Assembly: GCA_964016885.1 (NCBI GenBank)
Contig: OZ024741.1
Location: 298,964,001-299,028,000, forward strand
Reading direction: 5' to 3'
DNA length: 64,000 nt
DNA from: Eledone cirrhosa
Taxonomy: Eukaryota
Under the pieces are notes generated by a model. The model searched no databases, was not told the origin of the DNA, and worked only from the letters and a program-made list of their open reading frames with translations. Shown here one piece after another: positions 1 through 12,574 of this stretch. The translations under genes were made by a program, and so were the position numbers. Position 1 is the stretch's first letter, and every line of letters starts with the position of its first letter.

Positions 1-82
1 TATATTTATATATATATATATTTATATATATATATTTATATATATATATATTTATATATATATATTTATATATATATATATT

Positions 83-118
<36 letters not shown>

Positions 119-179
119 TATATATATTTATATATATACAATAGTAAACAAATGGAAACTATATTTATAAAACCATATT

Positions 180-245
180 TATTTCATTATACATATTTCA
201 GGGATACCATATTAAAAATATGGCATGCCTTCGTCAGATAAAATA
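180..245 (-). ncRNA. Mirror copy of the minimal hammerhead ribozyme
   Basis: Exact reverse complement of 386-451. Confidence 0.8.
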
Positions 246-385
246 CAATATATAAACTGTTTTATAAATAATTTTGACGTACCATAAATATAAGCCACCA
301 TTAAGGTAGGAAGCCAGCTTCCTACCTTAATGGTAGCTTATATTTATGGTACGTCAAAATTATTTATAAAACAGTTTATATATTG

Positions 386-451
386 TATTTTATCTGACGA
401 AGGCATGCCATATTTTTAATATGGTATCCCTGAAATATGTATAATGAAATA
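386..451 (+). ncRNA. Minimal type I hammerhead ribozyme
   Basis: Stem I tattttat/atgaaata; CUGACGA at 394-400; stem II 401-431; GAAA at 432-435; quasi-palindromic UAUGUA stem III; AUA cleavage triplet ending at 443. Confidence 0.8.
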
Positions 452-587
452 AATATGGTTTTATAAATATAGTTTCCATTTGTTTACTATTGTATATCTA
501 CTCCAAAAACTTGTCGAGTGCTTTAAATCGGTTATAAAATATTTACTTGTTGTAACCCAACAATTTTAAATAAAACTTTTGTATATA

Positions 588-679
588 TCGTTTCTGAATT
601 TGTTTAGCAAGATTCTTTATCTGAAATCGTGTGTTGAAACCGATATTGTTATACCCTACCAAAGTATAACAATAACTTT

Positions 680-680
<1 letters not shown>
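588..680 (-). repeat. Fragment of Penelope pLTR family B
   Basis: cgtttctgaatttgtttagcaagattctttatctgaaatcgtgtgttgaaaccgatattgttata also occurs at 17275, inverted at 21940-22003, and diverged at 12575. Confidence 0.7.
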
Positions 681-1544
<864 letters not shown>

Positions 1545-1545
<1 letters not shown>

Positions 1546-1683
1546 ACGAAGGAAATGTGGTAAGGAACCAGGTGGACCATAACGCACCAAAGTACTCAAT
1601 ACGTAGGGTATTAGAGTGGGTAATAGGAACGAGTAGGGCCCCGACGGCTGAGCTCAAGCCGTTTTGACGGCTAATTCTGGACT
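1545..1683 (-). repeat. pLTR-like family C fragment (hammerhead 3' half only)
   Basis: Nearly identical to 20873-21011; related inverted copy at about 11200-11280. Confidence 0.7.
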
Positions 1684-1748
1684 CATATATATATATATAT
1701 GTATATATATAGAAAGATTTGAATGGATACAGTTTAGTTGAAAGGAAT

Positions 1749-1868
1749 TTATTGACACGTGTTTCTATAACAGTTACATAACCTATAACAGCTGCTATCT
1801 ACAAACTTTTAGTTATGCAGACATTCAATATTTCAATGTTATTATTTACTGTCATTTCATCAGAATAA
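1749..1868 (-). ncRNA. Minimal type I hammerhead with extended stem II
   Basis: Minus strand reads ttatt-CUGAUGA-a-augacagu...acuguuau-a-GAAA-CACGUG-UC-aauaa; palindromic stem III CACGUG; GUC triplet. Confidence 0.7.
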
Positions 1869-2424
1869 TATTACTGAGGACCTATTTAGTTTTTATAGAG
1901 AATATTAGGAGGGAGGGGTGAAGTTGTTAGAAGAATAGTTGAAGGAGTGGTTTTTCGATAGCAGTGAGAATTCATGGTGGCAGTGAGTAATTAGATTCCC
2001 ATCTGTTGTTTTGACATTTTTTATAGAATATATTATTGGTTATTTTTCTAAATCTATAGAAGGATTAGAGATAGTAAAGATATGCGTGGTTGGTTTTGTG
2101 TTTGCACTTAATTAACATTCAGACTTAAATTTTTCTTTCAAGTGTACGTATCTTTTCACCCACGCATTCACACACAAATATATTTGCACACCTCTACAAA
2201 ATACATATACTCACAATTCACATATTCATACTTACATATATATACACATGCATACACATATATATACACACATGTATTCATGTACATACATACGCGCTCA
2301 TGTGTATACATTTTCATACTCAACTTATCTTTATATACACACGTATAGACACACACATATATACATACATACTCTAGTCCATGTGTACACACATACACAT
2401 ACATACACATCCATATACACATAT

Positions 2425-2501
<77 letters not shown>

Positions 2502-2598
2502 CACTTTAATACATGAATACACTTACATCTAACTATACACATCAAACATATATATATATTTACTTATTTATATACATTTTCACATATATATACATACT

Positions 2599-2900
2599 TA
2601 TGGACGTTTTTAGACACATTCATTATCGCATATTTGTACCTATTCTCATCAGCATATCTTTTCATTATTAGTATGGTAATTTAAGGTTATTAATATATGT
2701 TGAGAAGAGATTGTTTTTATATTTTTCTAACTAGATTAAGGTTTATATAGTTGGGGGATGTCCCTCTTTTATGTAATATTCGGCTTGTAGTGGGAAAAAA
2801 GGGTTTTAGTTCTGTGACGGCAGAATAATGTTCGTTCAATTCTGTTATTCAGCAGTTTCTTCTTGTGTGTGATGAAATGTCGATTGCACGTTCAATTTTA
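2599..2900 (-). mobile_element. Penelope-like 3' end fragment with degenerate hammerhead
   Basis: Minus frame FITHKKKLLNNRIERTLFCRHRTK resembles the PLE C-terminal LLNKRxE...CRH motif; downstream tatg-CUGAUGA...aaaa-cg-UC-cata. Confidence 0.5.
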
Positions 2901-3032
2901 CTAGCTGATAGTTCCTTTAATTGAAATATTAGAACACACGTCGTTTCTTCTTCTGTGCGATGAAATGTCGATTGCACGTTCAATTTTACTAGCTGATAGT
3001 TCCTTTAATTGAAATATTAGAACACACGTCGT
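2856..3032. repeat. Tandem duplication of an approximately 89-bp unit
   Basis: gatgaaatgtcgattgcacgttcaattttactagctgatagttcctttaattgaaatattagaacacacgtcg occurs twice. Confidence 0.85.
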
Positions 3033-3849
3033 CATAACCGACTTCGATCGACCCCCCCCCCCACACACATGATGATTACATAAGTCTACGATAACAAATG
3101 AATAAGGTGAAACTTCAGATAGTATCGCTGTACCGTAGTTAACCAGCATTGTCTGAAGTTCACGCTCTGAAACTGTATTTGATATTGAACTTGTCACCTG
3201 AAGTAGTCCCGACTGCATGAAAATATCTAAAACGCACACAACAACATTACCAGAACCATAACCACACATAAAAAAACAGATATATATATATATACTGCGA
3301 ACATATTGACCGCTTCCAATTACATATTAATAATAGTATACTATAAATATAACGTTGTAATTTGTATTAGTCGTCATATATTGGTGGTTTCTGAACTCCT
3401 ATTGTTATTATGCAGTTTCTATGTAGTGTTATCTTAATATTCATTATGTAGCTGTGTGTATTAACATGTGTTGTTAGTGTTGGCAGTGTATGGAAGATGT
3501 TGCAGACTGAATATTCTCAGTGGTTGGACGAATTAATCTTGTTGACCTCTTAGAAAGATTACCGCGGGGATTATATGATCAAAAGGTAGCACTATAGGAA
3601 ATAATGTAATTAATGATGCTGTCCCATTCATAACATCATCAAGGTTAGAAGATGTGCTTGAGGAAGGATATTTAAGAAAAATTAGTTCAATTGACGCTAG
3701 CCGATCTTTTTCATATATAGATTGACCTAAGAATCAGTTTCTCCCAGCACGAAGAAGATAATAAGCATCTCCGCCAGAGATAACTTGCATACATCAGCTG
3801 CTTATAATTGCTGAAAATCACTTTCAGCTAATAACTTTCAAATTTACAA

Positions 3850-4245
3850 TTACAGCACGGTAGCATGAATCTGGGAATAGAAGGAATACGATCACGAATA
3901 CAAACGGCCCGAATAAGATTCCTCCGAAAGGTCTTTTGGATAGGGTGTATAGTTCGGAGATTATGGTGTCCCTCCGGGTAGGGCCACTACTTTTCCACGG
4001 CGGGAGGTCGCAGCTTCAGTAACACGGTTATGTAGCTAGAATGTCTAGGTAAAAGAATTGCTGGACAGATTTTACTTGGTAAGCCAACTGGCAAGGGAGC
4101 CAAAGGAAGACCACGAGCACCATGGTTGAATGATACGCATATGCTCAGTTGGCCTCACTTGGGGATCCAGCTGGATAATTTGGAGATTGCCGCCATTGCA
4201 ATCTGGGTGGGTGTTTCTGGAAACGCTTACCCCACGACCATCTGC
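3850..4245 (+). mobile_element. Degenerate RTE-clade LINE 3' fragment
   Basis: Remnant reading IRSRIQTA..IRFLRKV...GYVARM..KRIAGQILLGKPTGKGAKGRPR; related to 41205-42240 and 63240-63690. Confidence 0.65.
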
Positions 4246-4249
4246 AAGT

Positions 4250-5076
4250 AAACATATACATATAAAAAAAACAAATGATGTAAAAAAATGAAACAAAACA
4301 AAATTCCCCAATAGGGGGGAACATCCGAGGGTCACTGGTGGGGAAAGCCCATTAAAAAAGCCATGGTGACCCAGACCACCAGAGCAAATGCCATCTCCAA
4401 GTTTTCCACCTCCAATCTACAGGCGCATACTCAGTGCAGGCCCACTCACTCGGACCATGCTTGCCTCTCTCACCCATCTTTCAACAAATTGCTGGGTAGG
4501 GAATATTTCCCTCGCCACCCTGATTTCCCTTTTCAAATGATATTTGAAAAAGTTAATCACGGCATCACCGAAGAGGTGCGTGCTCGTTTTCAGCCTTTTC
4601 AAACGCGTCCACCACACAACATCTTTCGCCATGGCCACCAGACCTGTCCTTCTCCTTTAAAGGAGGACAGCGGGTGATCTTCACAATGAACTCATTTGAT
4701 AGTCGGATCCGTCTACACGCGACAGCAAGTGCTCCACATAAACCCACAAGTGAGCAATACTCGGACACTCGACAAGTGCATGCAGGAGGTTTCGCCGCCC
4801 TCGGACAGGCTCGATTGACGGCACTTCCATGCCTGTAGAGTTTATCCCGTACTGGCAAAACTCCTCGGTAGCACTGCCAGGCCAGGGATTTCTGAAAGTT
4901 GTTCATAGGACCTGGCCCGAAAGTTCTCCCGAAGAGAGTGGCTAATTAATTTTCTTCGACACTCAGAGTCTTCCCAAGGACGTTGTCGCTCTTTCCCTCC
5001 ACTAACCTCCTATAGAACACCAAGGTGGAGTTTCCACCGATCGCATCACCTGGGTGGTCGAGGCCTGTAAGCGCAC

Positions 5077-5077
<1 letters not shown>
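4250..5077 (-). mobile_element. 5'-truncated Tx1-like LINE (same family as 49761-55580)
   Basis: MNNFQKSLAWQCYRGVLPVRDKLYRHGSAV and VVWWTRLKRLKT match the ORF2 C-terminus of the full copy; abuts (AAT)n at 5078-5150. Confidence 0.9.
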
Positions 5078-5146
<69 letters not shown>

Positions 5147-5249
5147 AATAAGAAGAAGAAGAAGTACTGTGGTAATCTAATGCAAATTCCCGTTTGCAAT
5201 TTTGCAGCAGCACTATGGCAAAATCAGCTTAAAAATCAATGTCTTTATA

Positions 5250-5586
5250 CAGAGGTTCTCAAAGTGGGAGATACTGGCTCTCGGCTGACGTTGAGAAGGT
5301 CCGGGGGCGCAGGTGTCTAAGGTGGTGTCGGGGTGGGTAGAGATGATATAATAGTATATTAAATATCAAATGATACATATTATATATAAATATAGTAAAA
5401 TAAAAAAAATATACAATGTTTATTTATACATAGTATATTATTATTTATTATATATAAAGTAACGATTTTATTTATATATTATTTACAATTTGCGTGTAGA
5501 CAGGTCTCTCTGGAAATAGGGTTAGGAGCGCTGAGGTTATAGGTGGCCGTGAGGGGGCGGTTCCCTAAAACGTTTGGGAACCTCTG
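5250..5586. mobile_element. hAT (Charlie-like) MITE
   Basis: Terminal inverted repeats cagaggttctcaaa / tttgggaacctctg; non-coding interior; TSD not clean. Confidence 0.6.
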
Positions 5587-5879
5587 CTCTAGTACTAGAA
5601 CGTTTTACAACGATCTCTCTAATGATATAGAAACTATAAATATTTGAAATAACAACCTTGCTTTCAGATATTACAGGCTGTTAAGAGATATTTGGCTCCA
5701 AGAAAACAAACGAAGTAAATTGCTTTGAGCATGTAACTGAAACCCATTCATAGATTCCACTCGCCAAGGGTAGACTATACATTTATATTAAAAAGGTGTC
5801 ATTGTAATATCAAATGTATTGAACGCCCAACTCTAATCGAAAAGAAAAGTTTAAGGAGAGTGATATATAAATATATATA

Positions 5880-5949
<70 letters not shown>

Positions 5950-6149
5950 TTATTTACGTAAAGTGCGGAGCGTATGTGCATAAACACCTACTCACCGTAC
6001 TGTATTATTGCAGTATTTAGCTCAATGTTCATAGACAGAGCCGTTATATACAAAAAAAAGCAATGAACGCTTATATACTCAAACAGTCTTTATTCATTAA
6101 CAATGTTTCATCCTCACCTTTTAGCAGGTATCATCAGAGCTATTTATAT

Positions 6150-6220
<71 letters not shown>

Positions 6221-6226
<6 letters not shown>

Positions 6227-6382
6227 ATATTAATAAATGGAAACTATATTTATAAAACCATATTTATTTTATAGTTTCCATTTAGTAACATATTGTGTAT
6301 TTACTCCACTGACTTGTTGAGTGCATTATATCAGATATAAAAATGTTTAAGCTTGTTGAATCCCAACAAACTAAATATAACC

Positions 6383-6390
<8 letters not shown>
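6221..6390. mobile_element. Internally deleted relative of the 134-585 fold-back element
   Basis: Shares aaatggaaactatatttataaaaccatattt...atagtttccattt and the tail acttgttgagtgc...cccaaca; hammerhead-bearing centre missing; flanked by (TA)n. Confidence 0.7.
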
Positions 6391-6474
<84 letters not shown>

Positions 6475-6525
6475 ATATATATATAAATAGAGGTGTGACA
6501 CACGAGTTGCGATATATTAGTAAAA

Positions 6526-6773
6526 AGGAAAATAAAATGGTGACAAATTTTTCCTAGTGAAAAACAGTTTAATTAGGAATAAGTATAAATAGGAATAAGT
6601 ATTGGTTAGTATTCAGTTTTAGTTTGAAGTTTTTACCGGTTGCGCATTTCTAATGCTTTTCAAAAATAATTTTGAGATAGAGCGCTCGTGATGTTTGCTC
6701 TAATCTGAAAAGCATTAGAAATGCGCAACCGGTAAAAACTTAAAACTAAAATTTGTCAGCATTTTCTTTTCCT
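6526..6773. repeat. Inverted repeat (fold-back element)
   Basis: Arms 6617-6662/6706-6751 (ttttaccggttgcgcatttctaatgcttttca) plus outer arms 6526-6550/6749-6773. Confidence 0.75.
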
Positions 6774-7388
6774 AAAATTGTTGAAAACATTAATTGACCC
6801 GCGTGTAAATTATTTTACTTTCTGGTGTTTCATGATGACCTCCTCTTTCCGCTTCATGACGCTGTGAGATTCCTCATTGTGAGACTGCTGGAATTTCAAA
6901 TTTGGCGGTCATTCTGACGCGGAGAGAGACCATCGCTGACATGGGATTAAGCATCGGTAAGAGAGTTTTTTTATATCGATGTTTGACGGTCATCCACTGA
7001 TGATTTATAAGTGCCCACCTGCATATATTCCTACGTAATGTGTGCAGGCTTCTACATAACCCGGACACATTCTCCCAACTTGTAGAAAACTTATAATGAA
7101 ACAATTGTTTGGAAAGGGAGATATATTTTAATTATGTCTCATATAAAATAATACAACTCGCTTTCCGCAAAATACATATAGTTAGCACCCCAAACGTAAA
7201 ATTGGGATTATACTAAGGTATATCCTAATGTTTGATGAGTGAGATGGAAGCCAGTCAGAGTATAGCTTAAAGCTTTCTCTGTTAATGTATTGTATATATA
7301 TATATATATATATATCACCCTCCTTAAATATATATATATATATGTAAATATATATATATATCACTCTCCTTAAATATATATATATATG

Positions 7389-7581
<193 letters not shown>

Positions 7582-7681
7582 CACTCTCCTTAAATATATA
7601 TATGTAAATATATATATATATAATGTATATATATATATATGTATATATATGTATATATATATATATATATATGTATATGTA

Positions 7682-7753
<72 letters not shown>

Positions 7754-7884
7754 AACACACACACATATATATCTACGCACAAACACACACAGACATATAT
7801 ATATATATATATATATACATAGATACAGAGAAATCTAGATAAAGAGAGGGGGAGAGAGAAAGAGAGAGAGAGTGGGAGAGAGAG

Positions 7885-7921
<37 letters not shown>

Positions 7922-8342
7922 AAGAGAGAGAGAGAGAGAGAGTGACGTTGAGAGCGCTAAGAGGAGATTGAGAGAAACTATTAATAAATACGGAGCTGTA
8001 AAATAAAATGAGATGATAGCTGCACACGGCGCCTGAAAATGTCTTGAAGAAGCCACCTAAGACACCAACCTCATCAACTGTTCTTCAACAACAACTGGAT
8101 GTTGACTACGTAATATGAGTGCAACTAATAAGTTAGGTCAAGACCAAGTTGATGATTGATCGGAGGGTTAAAGGCCCCTGAAGTAAATGAGATTTGAATC
8201 GTAGACTTTTATGAAATGAATATATTAAGTATTCGAATGCAATGCATCACGTATATATATATATATATGTGTGTGTGTGTAGTTGTTTGTGGTTATATGT
8301 ATGTTCAAGTGAGTATGTATATGTGTGTGCTCATATATATGC

Positions 8343-8375
<33 letters not shown>

Positions 8376-8477
8376 CGTATATACATATGATATATGTATA
8401 TACATATGATATAGATATATATATATATATATATAATTATATATATAACGAAGTATGATATATTAATTTTTACTTTA

Positions 8478-8697
8478 GCTGAAAGCTAAACTATTTAGGA
8501 AAGATCTATCGTTTCATCTTAGCAATAGTCGGAATAATGAGAAAAGAAGACACAATTTTCGTGGACAGAGGGAAGTTCAGAGAAACTTTTCTCAAAACTT
8601 CTGTACGATTAAAATGTTTATATTATTTTTTTTTCATTATTTCAGCATTTCGTAAGATGAAAAGATGCAACTATCCTGAATGATTTAGCTTTCAGTT
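8478..8697. repeat. Degenerate inverted repeat next to microsatellites
   Basis: agctgaaagctaaa...tttcatctta paired with taagatgaaa...tttagctttcagtt. Confidence 0.6.
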
Positions 8698-8731
8698 GAG
8701 TTCAGATAGAAAAAAATATATTACACAGTCT

Positions 8732-9047
<316 letters not shown>

Positions 9048-9279
9048 ACCAACCTTCCAGGGGTCTGGGTATAATTTTCAATCATATTTTATTTGTTTGA
9101 CCCGAATTACTTGGTCGTTTCTATGGCTGTGCGCATAATGGTTTAACCATCGTCTCAGTGTGTTTGGCCTTTTAACTTATGTTGTAGCTCTGGTTCACTT
9201 AGCTTCTATGGAGCGCTTTCCACACATCTCGGAAGTTGTTTTTCGCTAATTCCCAATACCCAAAATACGATTCTCGCTA

Positions 9280-9382
<103 letters not shown>

Positions 9383-9439
9383 TTATATATATGTATTGGA
9401 AAGCACGTTTGAATTACGAGTCGGTTCGAGTGAACATTT

Positions 9440-9618
9440 TGAAAATCGAGCGAGAAGCTCTCACCGTAAATTGACTACGGAAAATAATCTAATATTAGGA
9501 CATATCATCTCATAACGGAAAATATGCCCATTGTTTTCGTCACGGGAGTTCATATGTCCTAATGTTAGACTATTTTATGTAGTCAATTTACGCTGAAAAT
9601 GTCTAAGTCTATTTTAAA
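9440..9618. repeat. Inverted repeat between (TA)n tracts
   Basis: cgtaaattgactac...taggacatat paired with atatgtccta...gtagtcaatttacg. Confidence 0.7.
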
Positions 9619-9670
9619 TATATATATATAGGAGGAGGTTATAGTTCATTTGAAGCATTGTGTAATGAGG

Positions 9671-10078
9671 TATAAACGTTTGAATATGTATAATAAAGCC
9701 AAAACAATGCAGGTATGGACGTAGTAAAAGAATGCAATTGCAAAAGATATTGTTGATAATTTGTCTTTTACCTTAGATTTATTTAAATGTCCTTAATTTT
9801 CGAGATAATATCTCTTCTTCAGAGGGAAATAAAGGTCTCAAACCAGCGTTCTGAACAGATACTTTATACTATTTCCTGTCAGCATGGCTTGGCAAGCTAG
9901 TTAGAACGCTGGTTTGAGACCTTTATTTCCCTCTGAAAAAGAGATATTATCTCGAAAATTAAGGACACTTAAATAAATCTAAGGTAACAGTCGAATTGTC
10001 AACAATATCGTTTGCAATTGCATTCTTTTTTCTATGTCCATACCTGCATTGTTTTGGCTTTATTATACATATTCAAAC

Positions 10079-10085
<7 letters not shown>
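9671..10085. mobile_element. Fold-back element with about 180-bp arms and back-to-back hammerhead motifs
   Basis: Arms 9671-9852/9903-10085; left arm on minus reads cct-CUGAAGA-a-gagau-auu-aucuc-GAAA-AU-UA-agg (9791-9826); right arm copy has CUGAAAA. Confidence 0.75.
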
Positions 10086-10132
<47 letters not shown>

Positions 10133-10136
<4 letters not shown>

Positions 10137-10311
10137 CAGATTAAAGTTTAAGCAAAGAATCGCTGCTTTCACCCTTAACGGGATCTTGCTTAAACTTTAA
10201 TCTGTTATTTTAATAAATATTTGCTGTACGGTTCTTATATATTTGATATATATTTATCCTTATCAAGCCCTCTTTGGATTTTAGTATTTTAGTCTTCAAA
10301 TTTATTATTAT

Positions 10312-10315
<4 letters not shown>
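10133..10315. repeat. Short fold-back element in (TA)n
   Basis: ataacagattaaagtttaagcaa / ttgcttaaactttaatctgttat; related sequence at about 15762-15830. Confidence 0.65.
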
Positions 10316-10376
<61 letters not shown>

Positions 10377-10439
10377 TATATATATATATATTTGTGGGCC
10401 TCCATAGATTTCGACGTTGAGCATTCAAGTTGCTTGAAT

Positions 10440-10690
10440 AACAGACCTGCTTGATCGTGGCTAAGTATTCCACTGACGCAGGTTCTCTGCTCGTGGTTAT
10501 AATAGAGGTCCTTCGAAATGAATGTGTGTGACAAGGCTAGCCCTTTGAGTAGCAGCTAAAACTAATGTTTATCACCTGAATGGACTGGAAGAGCAATCTG
10601 AAATAAATTGTCTTTCTTAAGGAGACAGCACAAGGCCTGGTCCGACGAACCGCACACACGAGCTTACGAACATGATCAGAGAACCATAAT
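10440..10690 (-). mobile_element. Degenerate SINE (family B, CORE-like central region)
   Basis: gtgtgacaaggctagccctttga...tggactggaagagcaatctgaaataaattgtctttcttaagga shared with other copies in the window. Confidence 0.5.
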
Positions 10691-11535
10691 CTCTCACCCG
10701 CGATCCATCATAAAAACACATCACTCACAGTGACAAACAGACATATATTCACAAACCTATCCATCTACTTATTAATCTGTCTGCATATCTGTCTGACAAC
10801 ACGCACACAAACCCACACACATAAACACATGCACACACATACACACGCACATTATATGCATACATGTATATGTTGATGTATAATTGAATATCGCCGTAGT
10901 AAAGTTTTCTTTCCAACTTACATCATAATAAACTTTCCGTCTTCAGTCTATTTTTACGAGAGAGTGGCGTGCATCTTTATTTTTATACATATATTCATAT
11001 ATTGCCAAATGCAGACATATTTCTATTTCTATGTATTTCTATACTTATATGTAGGCGTATGCATATTTACACACCCACACACCCACACACACGCATACAC
11101 ACACACACATACACACACACATACACACACATACACACACATATACACACATACACACACATACACAAGTATATATATATATGTATGAATGGAGTCATAC
11201 TGCCCACTCTACTACCCAAGTATTGAGTATTCTGCTGTGTTATGGTCCACCTGGTATCTTACCATACCCTCCTTGTTATATATATATACTACTAAAACGC
11301 TGTGATTGTGGGGTTGTTTGTAATGTAATACAACCAAAACTGAGCATAATAGGGAAATACTTTGAAAGGAAGTTGCTCCTGAAATGGGAATACAAATGAA
11401 ATAAAAGATGTTTCGTGTAATCGGAGCACTGGTACCCGAGATACGGTATTTTCTGGGTCAGTTCATAAATAGAGAGAGAGAAAGATAGAGAGACGAAACA
11501 CTGGTTCTGAGAGACTAGATTAAAAGTGAGGCATC

Positions 11536-11611
<76 letters not shown>

Positions 11612-11678
11612 TACAGAGAGAGAGCTGTTGGTGTTGTTGCATATATATATTGGTGTTGTTATGTATATATATATATAT

Positions 11679-12343
11679 CGTTAGCTTCTTGCTAAAACAA
11701 TCTCTATACCTCTCATTTATATTTATACTCGGATTCTTTTCCTAGAGTGCTTAAACTATCTGTGACTAATCCCGGTTTTTTTCATAAAAACTGTGATAAT
11801 TATTGCTATTTTGCTGAACTCCTTTGTAGAGTTTTTTTCAGAATGTATTTGACTGCTATTTCTTGTAAATAAACATTCACTTCCATCCTGACGTCACTAG
11901 CCCCGTTTTTTCCTCATGTGCTTTTTCATAAATACACATGAAGGCGAACTAGCCAGTTTTAGAATTCCCTTTTTCGGATTATACTACTGTGAGAGCCCTG
12001 GTTTCTGTTGAGCTCTGCTGATGAATGAAATCCAACCGTGACCATCTCCACTGAAAGTTTTCATGAAATAATCTTTTAAGACTATACAGAGCATTTGATG
12101 TTATTCCAAATTGAAGGATAAGTGTTTCAAACTGTATTTTATCATGAGTTAAAGGTCTATAGATTTTTTCCCTGGATTTTACTAAATTCTGTGGATGAAT
12201 TTATATCCTGATTCTCTTTTGAGATGAGTTTGAGTTATTTTTCCTAAATCTTTCGTTAACTACTTTTCCCATCTTGACGTTATAGTCGCATATATGTTAT
12301 AGAATGCCGTTAGCTTCTTGCTAAAACAATCTCTATACCTCTC

Positions 12344-12351
<8 letters not shown>
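11679..12351 (+). mobile_element. Terminally redundant non-coding element with central hammerhead (retrozyme-like)
   Basis: Identical 44-bp direct repeats at 11679-11722 and 12308-12351 (period 629); no long ORF; TA repeats on both sides; hammerhead at 12012-12092. Confidence 0.65.
12012..12092 (+). ncRNA. Type I hammerhead ribozyme
   Basis: Stem I gctctg/cagagc; CUGAUGA at 12018-12024; stem II atgaaa/tttcat; GAAA at 12065-12068; near-palindromic stem III taatcttttaagacta; AUA triplet ending at 12086. Confidence 0.8.
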
Positions 12352-12410
<59 letters not shown>

Positions 12411-12411
<1 letters not shown>

Positions 12412-12560
12412 CTGTTTCTACTTTTGACACAAGGCCAGCAATTATTCCAGTGTATTACTGGTACTTTATTTTATCGACCCCGTAGGGATGAAAGGCAAAG
12501 TTAACCTCGGCGGGATTTGAAATCAGTCCGTAAAGGGACGTAACGGTGCTGCAAAGCACA
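12411..12560 (-). mobile_element. tRNA-derived SINE family A, 5'-truncated
   Basis: Reverse complement of gcctttcatcc..ggggtcgataaaataaagtaccag...gccttgtg..aaaagtagaaac. Confidence 0.85.
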
Positions 12561-12574
12561 TATATATATATATA

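Larger units (their letters stand above)
134..585. mobile_element. Fold-back (palindromic) Penelope pLTR-like non-autonomous element in (TA)n
   Basis: Near-perfect inverted repeat 134-314/317-497 (one mismatch, 2-nt spacer); unpaired right-hand extension to about 585; hammerhead in each arm; (TA)n tract on the left. Confidence 0.75.

Noticed and set aside
6098-6137. Hammerhead core CUGAUGA...GAAA-cauug-UU on the minus strand
   Set aside because: No stem I pairing and poor stem II closure; counted only as a degenerate remnant
6874-7104. Possible next GPCR exon (phase 1, GRMCPGYVEACTHY...)
   Set aside because: Stops after about 24 codons with no resemblance to the expected ECL2/TM5; the plus strand looks more like an old mariner 5' remnant, too weak to call
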